From Eledone cirrhosa (Eukaryota), in NCBI GenBank assembly GCA_964016885.1, contig OZ024741.1, positions 33,852,001-33,916,000 of the forward strand: a stretch of DNA of 64,000 nt. Direction: 5' to 3'. The notes under the pieces are model-generated. The model saw nothing but the letters and a program-made list of their open reading frames with translations. It was not told where the DNA came from and searched no databases. The position numbers and the translations under genes were made by a program. Shown in pieces: positions 22,527-37,797 of the stretch; the stretch's first letter is position 1, and each line of letters opens with the position of its first letter.

Positions 22527-25500
22527 ATGGTGGTGGTAGTCATTGGTACCTCTACCACTACTGGTGGTGGTTGTTGTCATGGTGGTGGTGTCATTGGTAC
22601 CACTACCACTACTGGTGGTGGTGGTGGTGTTATTGGTACCTACTACCACTACCTGGTTGTGGGGGTGGGTCATTGGTACCACTACCACTACTGGTGGGTG
22701 TTTGTACCACTACCACTACTGGTGGTGGTGTCATGGTACCACTGACCACTACGTGGTGGTGTTGTCGGTGGTGTCATTGTACCACTACCACTACTGGTGG
22801 TGGTGTCATTGTACCACTACCACTACTGGTGGTGGTGGTGGTGCATTGGTACCACTACCACTACTGGGTGGTGGTGTTATGGTACCACTACCACTACGGT
22901 GGTGTGGGTGTCATTGGTACCACGTAGCCACTACTGTGTGTGGTGGTGGTGTCATTGGTACCACTACCACTACTGGTGGTGGTGTGGTGTCATTGGTACC
23001 ACTACCACTACTGGTGGTGGTGGTGGTGTCATTGGTACCACTACCACTACTGGTGGTGGTGGTGGTGTTATTGGTACCACTACCACTACTGGTGGTGGTG
23101 GTGGTGTCATTGGTACCACTACCACTACTGGTGGTGGTGGGTGGTGTCATTGGTACCACTACCACTACTGGTGGTGGTGTTCATTGGGTACCACTACCAC
23201 TACTGGTGGTGGTGGTGTCATTGGTACCACTACCACTACTGGTGGTGGTGTTATTGGTACCCTACCACTACTGGTGGTGGTGGTGGTGTCATTGGTACCA
23301 CTACCACTACTGGTGGTGGTGGTGGTGTCATTGGTACCACTACCACTACTGGTGGTGGTGGTGGTGTCATTGGTACCACTACCACTACTGGTGGTGGTGG
23401 TGGTGTCATTGGTACCACTACCACTACTGGTGGTTGGTGGTGGTGTTATTGGTACCACTACCACTACTGGTGGTGGTGGTGGTGTCATTGGTACCACTAC
23501 CACTACTGGTGGTCGGTGGTGGTGTCATTGGTACCACTACCACTACTGGTGGTGGTGGTGGTGCATTGGTACCACTACCACTACTGGTGGTGGTGTCATT
23601 GGTACCACTACCACTACTGGTGGTGGTGTCATTGGTACCACTACCACTACTGGTGGTGGTGGTGGTGTCATTGGTACCACTACCACTACTGGTGGTGGTG
23701 GTGGTGTCATTGGTACCACTACCACTACTGGTGGTGGTGGTGGTGTCATTGGTACCACTACCACTACTGGTGGTGGTGGTGGTGTCATTGGTACCACTAC
23801 CACTACTGTGGTGGTGGTGTATGTACCACTACCACTACTGGTGGTGGTGGTGGTGTCATTGGTACCACTACCACTACTGGTGGTGGTGGTGTCATTGGTA
23901 CCACTACCACTACTGGTGGTGGTGGTGGTGTTCATTGGTACCACTACCACTACTGGTGGTGGTGTCATTGGTACCACTACCACTACTGGTGGTGGTGTCA
24001 TTGGTACCACTACCACTACTGGTGGTGGTGGTGGTGTCATTGGTACCACTACCACTACTGGTGGTGGTGGTGGTGTCATTGGTACCACTACCACTACTGG
24101 TGGTGGTGGTGGTGTCATTGGTACCACTACCACTACTGGTGGTGGTGGTGTCATTGGTACCACTACCACTACTGGTGGTGGTGGTGGTGTCATTGGTACC
24201 ACTACCACTACTGGTGGTGGTGGTGGTGTCATTGGTACCACTACCACTACTGGTGGTGGTGGTGTCATTGGTACCACTACCACTACTGGTGGTGGTGGTG
24301 GTGTTATTGGTACCACTACCACTACTGGTGGTGGTGGTGGTGTTCATTGGTACCACTACCACTACTGGTGGTGGTGGTGGTGTCATTGGTACCACTACCA
24401 CTACTGGTGGTGGTGTCATTGGTACCACTACCACTACTGGTGGTGGTGTCATTGGTACCACTACCACTACTGGTGGTGGTGGTGGTGTTATTGGTACCAC
24501 TACCACTACTGGGTGGTGGTGTCATTGGTACCACTACCACTACTGGTGGTGGTGTCATTGGTACCACTACCACTACTGGTGGTGGTGTCATTGGTACCAC
24601 TACCACTACTGGTGGTGGTGGTGGTGTCATTGGTACCACTACCACTACTGGTGGTGGTGGTGGTGTTCATTGGTACCACTACCACTACTGGTGGTGGTGG
24701 TGGTGTTATTGGTACCACTACCACTACTGTGGTGGTGGTGGTGTCATTGGTACCACTACCACTACTGGTGGGTGGTGTGTCATTGGTACCACTACCACTA
24801 CTGGTGGTGGTGGTGGTGTCATTGGTACCACTACCACTACTGGTGGTGGTGTCATTGGTACCACTACCACTACTGGTGGTGGTGGTGGTGTCATTGGTAC
24901 CACTACCACTACTGGTGGTGGTGGTGATTGGTACACTACCCCTGTGGGGTTGTACCACTACCACTACTGGTGTGGTGGTGGTGTCATTGGTACCACTACC
25001 ACTACTGGTGGTGGTGGTGGTGTCATTGGTACCACTACCACTACTGGTGGTGGTGGTGGTGTCATTGGTACCACTACCACTACTGGTGGTGGTGGTGGTG
25101 TCATTGGTACCACTACCACTACTGGTGGGTGGTGTCATTGGTACCACTACCACTACTGTGTGGTGGTGTCATTGGTACCACTACCACTACTGGTGGTGGT
25201 GGTGGTGTCATTGGTACCACTACCACTACTGGTGGTGGTGGTGTCATTGGTACCACTACCACTACTGGTGGTGGTGGTGGTGTCATTGGTACCACTACCA
25301 CTACTGGTGGTGGTGGTGTGTCATTGGTACCACTACCACTACTGGTGGTGGTGGTGGTGTCATTGGTACCACTACCACTACTGGTGGTGGTGGTGGTGTC
25401 ATTGGTACCACTACCACTACTGGTGGTGGTGGTGGTTGTTATTGGTACCACTACCACTACTGGTGGTGGTGGTGGTGTCATTGGTACCACTACCACTACT

Positions 25501-28500
25501 GGTGGTGGTCGGTGGTGTCATTGGTACCACTACCACTACTGGTGGTGGTGGTGGTGTCATTGGTACCACTACCACTACTGGTCGGTGGTGGTGGTGTCAT
25601 TGGTACCACTACCACTACTGGGTTGGTGGTGGTGTCATTGGTACCAACTACCACTACTGGTGGTGGTGGTGGTGTCATTGGTACCACTACCACTACTGGT
25701 GTGGTGGTGGTGTCATTGGTACCACTACCACTACTGGTGGTGGTGGTGGTGTCATTGGTACCACTACCACTACTGGTGGTGGTGGTGGTGTCATTGGTAC
25801 CACTACCACTACTGGTGGTGGTGGTGGTGTTATTGGTACCACTACCACTACTGGTGGTGGTGGTGGTGTCATTGGTACCACTACCACTACTGGTGGTGGT
25901 GGTGGTGTCATTGGTACCACTACCACTACTGGTGGTGGTGGTGGTGTTATTGGTACCACTACCACTACTGGGTGGTGGTGTCATTGGTACCACTACCACT
26001 ACTGGTGGTGGTGTCATTGGTACCACTACCACTACTGGTGGTGGTGGTGGTGTCATTGGTACCACTACCACTACTGGTGGTGGTGTTATTGGTACCACTA
26101 CCACTACTGGTGGTGGTGGTGGTGTCATTGGTACCACTACCACTACTGGTGGTGGTGGTGGTGTCATTGGTACCACTACCACTACTGGTGGTGGGTGTCA
26201 TTGGTACCACTACCACTACTGGTGGTGGTGGTGGTGTCATTGGTACCACTACCACTACTGGTGGTGGGTGTCATTGGTACCACTACCACTACTGGTGGTG
26301 GTGGTGTTATTGGTACCACTACCACTACTGGTGGTGGTGTCATTGGTACCACTACCACTACTGGTGGTGGTGTCATTGGTACCACTACCACTACTGGTGG
26401 TGGTGGTGGTGTTATTGGTACCACTACCACTACTGGTGGTGGTGGTGGTGTCATTGGTACCACTACCACTACTGGTGGTGGTGGTGGTGTCATTGGTACC
26501 ACTACCACTACTGGTGGGTGGTGTCATTGGTACCACTACCACTACTGGTGGTGGTGTCATTGGTACCACTACCACTACTGGTGGTGGTGGTGGTGTCATT
26601 GGTACCACTACCACTACTGTGGTGGTGGTGGTGTCATTGGTACCACTACCACTACTGGTGGTGGTGGTGGTGTTCATTGGTACCACTACCACTACTGGTG
26701 GTGGTGGTGGTGTCATTGGTACCACTACCACTACTGGTGGTGGTGGTGGTGTCATTGGTACCACTACCACTACTGGTGGTGGTGTCATTGGTACCACTAC
26801 CACTACTGGTGGTGGTGTCATTGGTACCACTACCACTACTGGTGGTGGTGTCATTGGTACCACTACCACTACTGGTGGTGGTGTCATTGGTACCACTACC
26901 ACTACTGGTGGTGGTGGTGGTGTTCATTGGTACCACTACCACTACTGGTGGTGGTGGTGGTGTCATTGGTACCACTACCACTACTGGTGGTGGGTGGTGT
27001 CATTGGTACCACTACCACTACTGGTGTGGTGGGTCATTGGTACCACTACCACTACTGGTGGTGGTGGTGTCATTGGTACCACTACCACTACTGGTGGTGG
27101 TGGTGGTGTTATTGGTACCACTACCACTACTGGTGGTGGTGTGTCATTGGTACCACTACCACTACTGGGTGGTGGTGTCATTGGTACCACTACCACTACT
27201 GGTGGTGGTGTCATTGGTACCACTACCACTACTGGTGGTGGTGGTGGTGTCATTGGTACCACTACCACTACTGGTGGTGGTGGTGGTGTCATTGGTACCA
27301 CTACCACTACTGGTGGTGGTGGTGGTGTCATTGGTACCACTACCACTACTGGTGGTGGTGGTGGTGTTATTGGTACCACTACCACTACTGGTGGTGGTGG
27401 TGGTGTCATTGGTACCACTACCACTACTGGTGGTGGTGGTGTCATTGGTACCACTACCACTACTGGTGGTGGTGGTGGTGTCATTGGTACCACTACCACT
27501 ACTGGTGGTGGTGGTGGTGTTATTGGTACCACTACCACTACTGGTGGTGGTGTCATTGGTACCACTACCACTACTGGTGGTGGTGGTGGTGTTATTGGTA
27601 CCACTACCACTACTGGTGGTGGTGTCATTGGTACCACTACCACTACTGGTGGTGGTGGTGGTGTCATTGGTACCACTACCACTACTGGTGGTGGTGGTGG
27701 TGTCATTGGTACCACTACCACTACTGGTGGTGGTGGTGGTGTCATTGGTACCACTACCACTACTGGTGGTGGTGGTGGTGTCATTGGTACCACTACCACT
27801 ACTGGTGGTGGTGGTGGTGTCATTGGTACCACTACCACTACTGGTGGTGGTGGTGGTGTCATTGGTACCACTACCACTACTGGTGGTGGTGGTGGTGTTA
27901 TTGGTACCACTACCACTACTGGTGGTGGTGGTGGTGTCATTGGTACCACTACCACTACTGGTGGTGGTGGTGGTGTCATTGGTACCACTACCACTACTGG
28001 TGGTGGTGGTGGTGTTATTGGTACCACTACCACTACTGGTGGTGGTGGTGGTGTCATTGGTACCACTACCACTACTGGTGGTGGTGTCATTGGTACCACT
28101 ACCACTACTGGTGGTGGTGGTGGTGTCATTGGTACCACTACCACTACTGGTGGTGGTGGTGGTGTTATTGGTACCACTACCACTACTGGTGGTGGTGGTG
28201 GTGTCATTGGTACCACTACCACTACTGGTGGTGGTGGTGGTTGTCATTGGTACCACTACCACTACTGGTGGGTGGTGTCATTGGTACCACTACCACTACT
28301 GGTGGTGGTGGTGGTGTCATTGGTACCACTACCACTACTGGTGGTGGTGGTGGTGTCATTGGTACCACTACCACTACTGGTGGTGGTGTCATTGGTACCA
28401 CTACCACTACTGGTGGTGGTGGTGGTGTCATTGGTACCACTACCACTACTGGTGGTGGTGGTGGTGTTATTGGTACCACTACCACTACTGGTGGTGGTGG

Positions 28501-31500
28501 TGGTGTTATTGGTACCACTACCACTACTGGTGGTGGTGGTGGTGTCATTGGTACCACTACCACTACTGGTGGTGGTGTCATTGGTACCACTACCACTACT
28601 GGTGGTGGTGTCATTGGTACCACTACCACTACTGGTGGTGGTGGTGGTGTCATTGGTACCACTACCACTACTGGTGGTGGTGTCATTGGTACCACTACCA
28701 CTACTGGTGGTGGTGGTGGTGTCATTGGTACCACTACCACTACTGGTGGTGGTGGTGTCATTGGTACCACTACCACTACTGGTGGTGGTGGTGGTGTCAT
28801 TGGTACCACTACCACTACTGGTGGTGGTGTCATTGGTACCACTACCACTACTGGTGGTGGTGTCATTGGTACCACTACCACTACTGGTGGTGGTGGTGGT
28901 GTCATTGGTACCACTACCACTACTGGTGGTGGTGGTGGTGTTATTGGTACCACTACCACTACTGGTGGTGGTGGTGGTGTCATTGGTACCACTACCACTA
29001 CTGGTGGTGGTGGTGGTGTCATTGGTACCACTACCACTACTGGTGGGTGGTGGTCATTGGTACCACTACCACTACTGGTGGTGGTGGTGGTGTCATTGGT
29101 ACCACTACCACTACTGGTGGTGGGTGTTCATTGGTACCACTACCACTACTGTGGTGGTGTGGTGTCATTGGTACCACTACCACTACTGGTGGTGGTGGTG
29201 GTGTCATTGGTACCACTACCACTACTGGTGGTGGTGGTGGTGTCATTGGTACCACTACCACTACTGGTGGTGGTGGTGGTGTCATTGGTACCACTACCAC
29301 TACTGGTGGTGGTGGTGGTGTTCATTGGTACCACTACCACTACTGGTGGTGGTGGTGGTGTCATTGGTACCACTACCACTACTGGTGGTGGTGGTGGTGT
29401 CATTGGTACCACTACCACTTACTGGTGGTGGTGGTGGTGTAATTGGTACCACTACCACTACTGGTGGTGGTGTCATTGGTACCACTACCACTACTGGTGG
29501 TGGGTGTCATTGGTACCACTACCACTACTGGTGGTGGTGGTGGTGTCATTGGTACCACTACCACTACTGGTCGGTGGTGTCATTGGTACCACTACCACTA
29601 CTGGTGGTGGTGGTGGTGTCATTGGTACCACTACCACTACTGGTGGTGGTGGTGGTGTCATTGGTACCACTACCACTACTGGTGGTGGTGGTGGTGTTAT
29701 TGGTACCACTACCACTACTGGTGGTGGTGGTGGTGTCATTGGTACCACTACCACTACTGGTGGTGGTGGTGGTGTCATTGGTACCACTACCACTACTGGT
29801 GGTGGTGGTGGTGTTATTGGTACCACTACCACTACTGGTGGTGGTGTCATTGGTACCACTACCACTACTGGTGGTGGTGTCATTGGTACCACTACCACTA
29901 CTGGTGGTGGTGGTGGTGTCATTGGTACCACTACCACTACTGGTGGTTGGTGTTATTGGTACCACTACCACTACTGGTGGTGGTGGTGGTGTCATTGGTA
30001 CCACTACCACTACTGGTGGTGGTGGTGGTGTCATTGGTACCACTACCACTACTGGTGGTGGTGTCATTGGTACCACTACCACTACTGGTGGTGGTGGTGG
30101 TGTCATTGGTACCACTACCACTACTGGTGGTGGTGTCATTGGTACCACTACCACTACTGGTGGTGGTGTTATTGGTACCACTACCACTACTGGTGGTGGT
30201 GTCATTGGTACCACTACCACTACTGGTGTGGTGGTGGTGTCATTGGTACCACTACCACTGCTGGTGGTGGTGGGTGGTGTTATTGGTACCACTACCACTA
30301 CTGGTGGTGGTGGTGGTGTCATTGGTACCACTACCACTACTGGTGGTGGTGGTGGTGTTATTGGTACCACTACCACTACTGGTGGTGGTGTCATTGGTAC
30401 CACTACCACTACTGGTGGTGGTGTCATTGGTACCACTACCACTACTGGTGGTGGTGGTGGTGTTATTGGTACCACTACCACTACTGGTGGTGGTGGTGGT
30501 GTCATTGGTACCACTACCACTACTGGTGGTGGTGGTGGTGTTATTGGTACCACTACCACTACTGGTGGTGGTGGTGGTGTTATTGGTACCACTACCACTA
30601 CTGGTGGTGGTGGTGGTGTCATTGGTACCACTACCACTACTGGTGGTGGTGTCATTGGTACCACTACCACTACTGGTGGTGGTGTCATTGGTACCACTAC
30701 CACTACTGGTGGTGGTGGTGGTGTTATTGGTACCACTACCACTACTGGTGGTGGTGTCATTGGTACCACTACCACTACTGGTGGTGGTGTCATTGGTACC
30801 ACTACCACTACTGGTGGTGGTGTCATTGGTACCACTACCACTACTGGTGGTGGTGGTGGTGGTGTCATTGGTACCACTACCACTACTGGTGGTGGTGGTG
30901 GTGTTATTGGTACCACTACCACTACTGGTGGTGGTGTCATTGGTACCACTACCACTACTGGTGGTGGTGTCATTGGTACCACTACCACTACTGGTGGTGG
31001 TGTTATTGGTACCACTACCACTACTGGTGGTGGTGGTGGTGTTATTGGTACCACTACCACTACTGGTGGTGGTGGTGGTGTCATTGGTACCACTACCACT
31101 ACTGGTGGTGGTGTTATTGGTACCACTACCACTACTGGTGGTGGTGTCATTGGTACCACTACCACTACTGGTGGTGGTGGTGGTGTCATTGGTACCACTA
31201 CCACTACTGGTGGTGGTGGTGGTGTCATTGGTACCACTACCACTACTGGTGGTGGTGGTGGTGTCATTGGTACCACTACCACTACTGGTGGTGGTGGTGG
31301 TGTTATTGGTACCACTACCACTACTGGTGGTGGTGGTGGTGTCATTGGTACCACTACCACTACTGGTGGTGGTGTCATTGGTACCACTACCACTACTGGT
31401 GGTGGTGGTGGTGTCATTGGTACCACTACCACTACTGGTGGTGGTGGTGGTGTTATTGGTACCACTACCACTACTGGTGGTGGTGTCATTGGTACCACTA

Positions 31501-33330
31501 CCACTACTGGTGGTGGTGGTGGTGTTATTGGTACCACTACCACTACTGGTGGTGGTGTCATTGGTACCACTACCACTACTGGTGGTGGTGGTGGTGTCAT
31601 TGGTACCACTACCACTACTGGTGGTGGTGGTGGTGTCATTGGTACCACTACCACTACTGGTGGTGGTGGTGGTGTCATTGGTACCACTACCACTACTGGT
31701 GGTGGTGGTGGTGTCATTGGTACCACTACCACTACTGGTGGTGGTGGTGGTGTCATTGGTACCACTACCACTACTGGTGGTGGTGGTGGTGTCATTGGTA
31801 CCACTACCACTACTGGTGGTGGTGGTGGTGTTATTGGTACCACTACCACTACTGGTGGTGGTGGTGGTGTCATTGGTACCACTACCACTACTGGTGGTGG
31901 TGGTGGTGTCATTGGTACCACTACCACTACTGGTGGTGGTGGTGGTGTCATTGGTACCACTACCACTACTGGTGGTGGTGGTGGTGTCATTGGTACCACT
32001 ACCACTACTGGTGGTGGTGGTGGTGTCATTGGTACCACTACCACTAGTGGTGGTGGTGGTGGTGTTATTGGTACCACTACCACTACTGGTGGTGGTGGTG
32101 GTGTTATTGGTACCACTACCACTACTGGTGGTGGTGTCATTGGTACCACTACCACTACTGGTGGTGGTGGTGGTGTCATTGGTACCACTACCACTACTGG
32201 TGGTGGTGGTGGTGTCATTGGTACCACTACCACTACTGGTGGTGGTGGTGGTGTCATTGGTACCACTACCACTACTGGTGGTGGTGTCATTGGTACCACT
32301 ACCACTACTGGTGGTGGTGGTGGTGGTGTCATTGGTACCACTACCACTACTGGTGGTGGTGGTGGTGTCATTGGTACCACTACCACTACTGGTGGTGGTG
32401 GTGGTGTCATTGGTACCACTACCACTACTGGTGGTGGTGGTGGTGTTATTGGTACCACTACCACTACTGGTGGTGGTGTTATTGGTACCACTACCACTAC
32501 TGGTGGTGGTGGTGGTGTTATTGGTACCACTACCACTACTGGTGGTGGTGGTGGTGGTGTCATTGGTACCACTACCACTACTGGTGGTGGTGGTGGTGTT
32601 ATTGGTACCACTACCACTACTGGTGGTGGTGTTATTGGTACCACTACCACTACTGGTGGTGGTGGTGGTGTTATTGGTACCACTACCACTACTGGTGGTG
32701 GTGGTGGTGTTATTGGTACCACTACCACTACTGGTGGTGGTGGTGGTGTCATTGGTACCACTACCACTACTGGTGGTGGTGTTATTGGTACCACTACCAC
32801 TACTGGTGGTGGTGTCATTGGTACCACTACCACTACTGGTGGTGGTGGTGGTGTTATTGGTACCACTACCACTACTGGTGGTGGTGGTGGTGTTATTGGT
32901 ACCACTACCACTACTGGTGGTGGTGGTGGTGTCATTGGTACCACTACCACTACTGGTGGTGGTGTTATTGGTACCACTACCACTACTGGTGGTGGTGGTG
33001 GTGTTATTGGTACCACTACCACTACTGGTGGTGGTGGTGGTGTTATTGGTACCACTACCACTACTGGTGGTGGTGGTGGTGTCATTGGTACCACTACCAC
33101 TACTGGTGGTGGTGGTGGTGTCATTGGTACCACTACCACTACTGGTGGTGGTGTTATTGGTACCACTACCACTACTGGTGGTGGTGGTGGTGTTATTGGT
33201 ACCACTACCACTACTGGTGGTGGTGGTGGTGTTATTGGTACCACTACCACTACTGGTGGTGGTGGTGGTGGTGGTGTTATTGGTACCACTACCACTACTG
33301 GTGGTGGTGGTGTTGTCATTGGTACCACTA
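22527..33330. repeat. ~10.8-kb satellite array, unit GTYATTGGTACCACTACCACTACT(GGT)3-5 (mostly 33 or 39 bp), roughly 290 copies
   Basis: Direct. One KpnI site (GGTACC) per unit. The array decays into diverged units at ~33310-33530. Confidence 0.97.
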
Positions 33331-33642
33331 CTGCTGATAGTGGTGATGTTGTCATTGGTACCACTACTGCTGATGATAGTGGTGGTGTTGGTGGTATTGG
33401 TGATGCCATTGATACCACTACTGCTGATGATAGTGGTAGTAGTGATGTTATCATACCTGCTACTACTGCTGATAGAGGTGATGTTGTCATTGGTACCACT
33501 ACTACTCCTGCTACCACTGCTGGTGTTGTTTATGATTTTACTGCTGTGATAATGGTGGTGTTATTTGTGGCATTAGGGATTGATTGTGTTGGTGGTGGTG
33601 ATTGGGATAATGTTTGTAAGGGTGTTGGTAATAGTTTTATTA

Positions 33643-33746
33643 GGTGGATTGGCAGTAATCGGTAGAGCGTCAGACAACATATTTATGGCACTGAGTTACG
33701 ACTCTTTACGTTTTGAGTTCAAATCCCGCCGAGTTTAGCTTTGCCT
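33643..33746 (+). mobile_element. SINE family 2, 5' portion, diverged
   Basis: GGTGGATTGGCAGTAATCGGTAGAG...GAGTTCAAATCCCGCCGAG. Confidence 0.75.
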
Positions 33747-34733
33747 ACTGAAATAAGGGTTAGCCATGTGGGCCCCATGAAAGGCTTTTTGTTCACCATG
33801 GCAATGTTTTAGTCACTTCTTACAACACTTGAATATAAATAATTCAGTGTAAACAAGACATAATAATAGAGTACTTAATACTGAAAGTAGAGTAATAAAT
33901 ATTTACTAATGCTGGAACTTTCTCTTTCATGTCTCTAATTTTCAGCAAAATTTGAGGAAGGCAACAGAAAACATTTAAAAAAATATTTTCATAAATAAAA
34001 AAAACCAAAAACATTTGATTGGCAGCCTGTGCTAAGTTTAAGTCAAATAGAAAAATAAATTTTGTTATATCTGGGGATGGTCATGTTGCCAATATTGCTG
34101 ATAGAAAGAAACATGTGCACCATATAATCTTCACTTTATTGTTCATTATTCATTTGTTTATCAAAGTTCTTTCGTCACACATTCTGTGACCTCCTCAATT
34201 AAAACATATGATATTAATGTAGAAAGTGATAGGTATAAGAAGGCTAAAACAATGCGAAATGGACGGTAAAATGAAGGCAACGGAAAAGTTAGTTGCCTGG
34301 TATTTATTATTATATTTCTTTTATATTAAAATTTGCTATGGCTGCGTTTTACTACAGATATTCGTAGCATCATTCTCAATCAAATACAACAAATATAGTA
34401 CATTATTAACCCTTTCATTACATAATCATCATTTAATGTTCATTTTTCCACGCTAGCATAAGTTTGATGAGTTGTCCTGCTGTGACTGTGTCTTGCTCAT
34501 ACAGAACTGTTTCTGGCTTAGTTTCTACAGCTGGATGCCTTTCCTAATGCTAACCACATTTGCAGTGTGGACTGGGTGCTCTTTGTTGTGATACCATATT
34601 TCTAATGAAAATACACTGCCCATTATTTCCAAATAATTTTGAAAATAATCAAGAATTTGGAAGGATTTAGTAATATACAGTATATATTTGAATATAAGCA
34701 AGGGAATATGTGACCAAAACATTGATGGTAGAA

Positions 34734-34869
34734 GGGGTCAGCTTATATTCAGGGTCAGTGTTTTGGTGATTTTCACCAACATCAAATTCTACAAAAATAA
34801 GGTTTGGATTTTTACCCATTTCCCAGGCATAAAATAGTGGGGTCAACTTATATTTGAGTATGTATGGTA
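34734..34869. mobile_element. Probable pogo/Tigger-type MITE end
   Basis: Repeated GGGGTCA(G/A)CTTATATT motif ending in GAGTATGTATGGTA. Family assignment is from recalled consensus only. Confidence 0.4.
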
Positions 34870-35764
34870 ACTAACTTTTTCATTATTAAGCTGGTGTTTG
34901 GAACATATCTTAACAAAGTTCTTACATGAAATTATGGTAGAAGGTATATATTAAAATAAACAGCTTTATATCAGAGAACCAGAAGGTGGTATCAAAAGCG
35001 TCACAGAAAGGAGCTGAGGGGTGGGGCATGAAAAAAAGAAAAGAAGACTTCCACTCAGTTTCAATCTACCAAATTCCACTTCTGGTGGCATGACAGAATG
35101 CCATGTGGTTCTTGTTCCAGTTCTATACATTCTGTGTTCAAATTCTGCCTCAGGATTAAATTCTCATTAATCATGAGAGCTAATCACCTTTGATTACTCC
35201 CAGGTCTTAAATAATTGCCCTCCTCCCCCATTCCATATTAAATTTTACTAATCTATCTCTGGTGAAATTTTATTTTTAGTTGTAACATTCCTGTAACAAT
35301 TAATTTGCTTTATACATTAAAAATCATTATACATAACAAAAAAAGTACATCACTAGAAATCCCATATGTTATAAAATAAATAGGATGGGTTGGGGTCTCA
35401 ATATGTAAACTAAATAATTAATTCTAGTTTTTAAAAAAATCAACAGAGACAACCTAGAAAAATTACCAATTTTCCAACCTCCCCCTGATTATTCCACCTC
35501 ACTGCTTATTCCAACCTCCTCCACTTATTCCAGCCCCCCCCCCCCCTCACTACTACCCCTCCCCCCTGTTGCTTATGTCACCTACCCCTATTATTTGGGC
35601 CCCAAAGTATGTAAATTGCAATGTGGCTGTCTGCTGATGAGTCACACTTAACTGAGGTGCTGCACTGTGGAATTGAAACCAGAACTATGTGGTTGTGAAG
35701 TGAACATTATATTTACATATTTCATTCTAAGTCAAGTTTCACGACCTGTTTTAAACTTGTAAGT

Positions 35765-35810
<46 letters not shown>

Positions 35811-36185
35811 GATATTAATAAATGGAAACTATATTTATAAAACCATATTTATTTCATTATACATATTTCAAGGATACCAAGTTAAATTATGGTATGCAGA
35901 CAAAATACAATATATATCAGTTTTACAAATAAGCATTGACGTACCCTTTCAAAATGCGACCATTACTTTTGGAGGACATCAGGATAGTGGTTTGTTTATA
36001 TTATTTTAGTAAGTCTTAGTGTTAAGGACAATTACAAAAGACGGAGAAAGAGAGAAAAGCGTGGAGAAAAAACGGAGAGAAAGAGAAAAGCGTGGAGAAC
36101 AGCTATCTTCCACGTTAGCATGGGTTTAAGTATATTTATGCTATAAACTTATACGCACTATATTTACTCGACCTTGGAAATATAC

Positions 36186-36269
<84 letters not shown>

Positions 36270-36804
36270 CAGTTTGCTATAAACATCTATATGTTGTGTG
36301 TATGCCAGGTCTATCCTATAAATTGTATACTTGTTGGACCTCTCTCTCTCATATATATCATCATCATCATCATCATCGTTTAACGTCCATGTTCCACGCT
36401 TGCATGGGTTTGGACGGGAGTTTTCCCACTTGAGGCAAGAGTGGTTGTCTTGCTCGCATAGGACTGTCATATATATATATATATTCCTGAGTTGTGTCGG
36501 GGGCGTGGGAGTAACCTCAATTAAAAAAGGCACTCAATACATTGGTAGAGTATAGGTATCTTTATTATATATATAGAAATGACTTCTACAGGACTAGAGC
36601 TATTTCATATTAATAAAACAGTTCTAGCCCTGTAGAATTTATTTCTATATCTATAATATAAATATATATTGTGTGTGTGTTAAAATAAAGCATTTTCACA
36701 TTTAATGTTACACATTTGGTACTTCATTCCAGGTGGCTTTGTTTACTGTTTTCTCCTACACTGGTAACTCCAGACTTTACTTCTCTCTATATAAGACTAA
36801 TATA

Positions 36805-37700
36805 ACATTAACAACACCAATAGTACATCACCAGCACAACATCAACACCAACACAATATCAACAACATCAACACCAACACAACACCAACACAACACAAAC
36901 ACCAACACAACATCAACATTAACACAACATCAACATAACATCAACATCATCATCAACATGAACACAACATCAACAACATCATCAACATGAACACAACATC
37001 AACAACACCACCAACACAACAACACCAACACCAACACAATACAACACCAACACAACACCAACACAACACCAACACAACACCAACACCAACACAACACCAA
37101 CACCAACACCAACACAACACCAACACAACACAACACCAACACAACACCAACACCAACACAACACAACACCAACACAACATAACACCAGCATCAACACAAC
37201 ACCAATAGCACATCAACAATATTAACACAACAGTGACACAATAACATCAACATCAACACAACACCAATAGCACATCAACAATATTAACACAACAGTGACA
37301 CAATAACATCAACATCAACACAACACCAATAGCACATCAACAATATTAACACAACAGTGACACAATAACATCAACATCAACACAACACCAATAGCACATC
37401 AACAATATTAACACAACAGTGACACAATAACATTAACATCAACACAACACCAATATAACACCAACACCAATATAACACCAACAACACCAATATAACACCA
37501 ACAACACCAATATAACACCAACAACACAACACCAACAACATCAACAATAACACCAACAACACCAACACAATACCAACAACACCAACACAATACCAACAAC
37601 ACCAACACAATACCAACAACACCAACACAATACCAACAACACCAACACAATACCAACAACACCAATAACATAACAACAACATATTAACAACACATCACAT
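36805..37700. repeat. (AACAC)-rich low-complexity tract with ~59-bp (37195-37455) and 20-bp (37555-37665) sub-arrays
   Basis: Direct. Confidence 0.85.
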
Positions 37701-37797
37701 TATAGGCATCACAATAACAACTTGTAACAAAAACACTATTAAAATCACAACAGCCCTTCCTCCTTCCACACACCACAAGTAACACTCATTTAGATAT

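Noticed and set aside
22527-33330. CRISPR-like regular repeat array
   Set aside because: There are no unique spacers, only (GGT)n length variation. The context is eukaryotic and has no cas genes.
22797-33665. 3622-aa, 3035-aa and other giant ORFs
   Set aside because: They arise from a stop-free satellite unit. The translation drifts among all three frames at indels, and there is no start context, domain or splice evidence.
33750-36150. Possible host exons in the less repetitive stretch
   Set aside because: No ORF with recognisable protein features. It contains decayed repeat fragments. Small exons cannot be excluded without transcript data.
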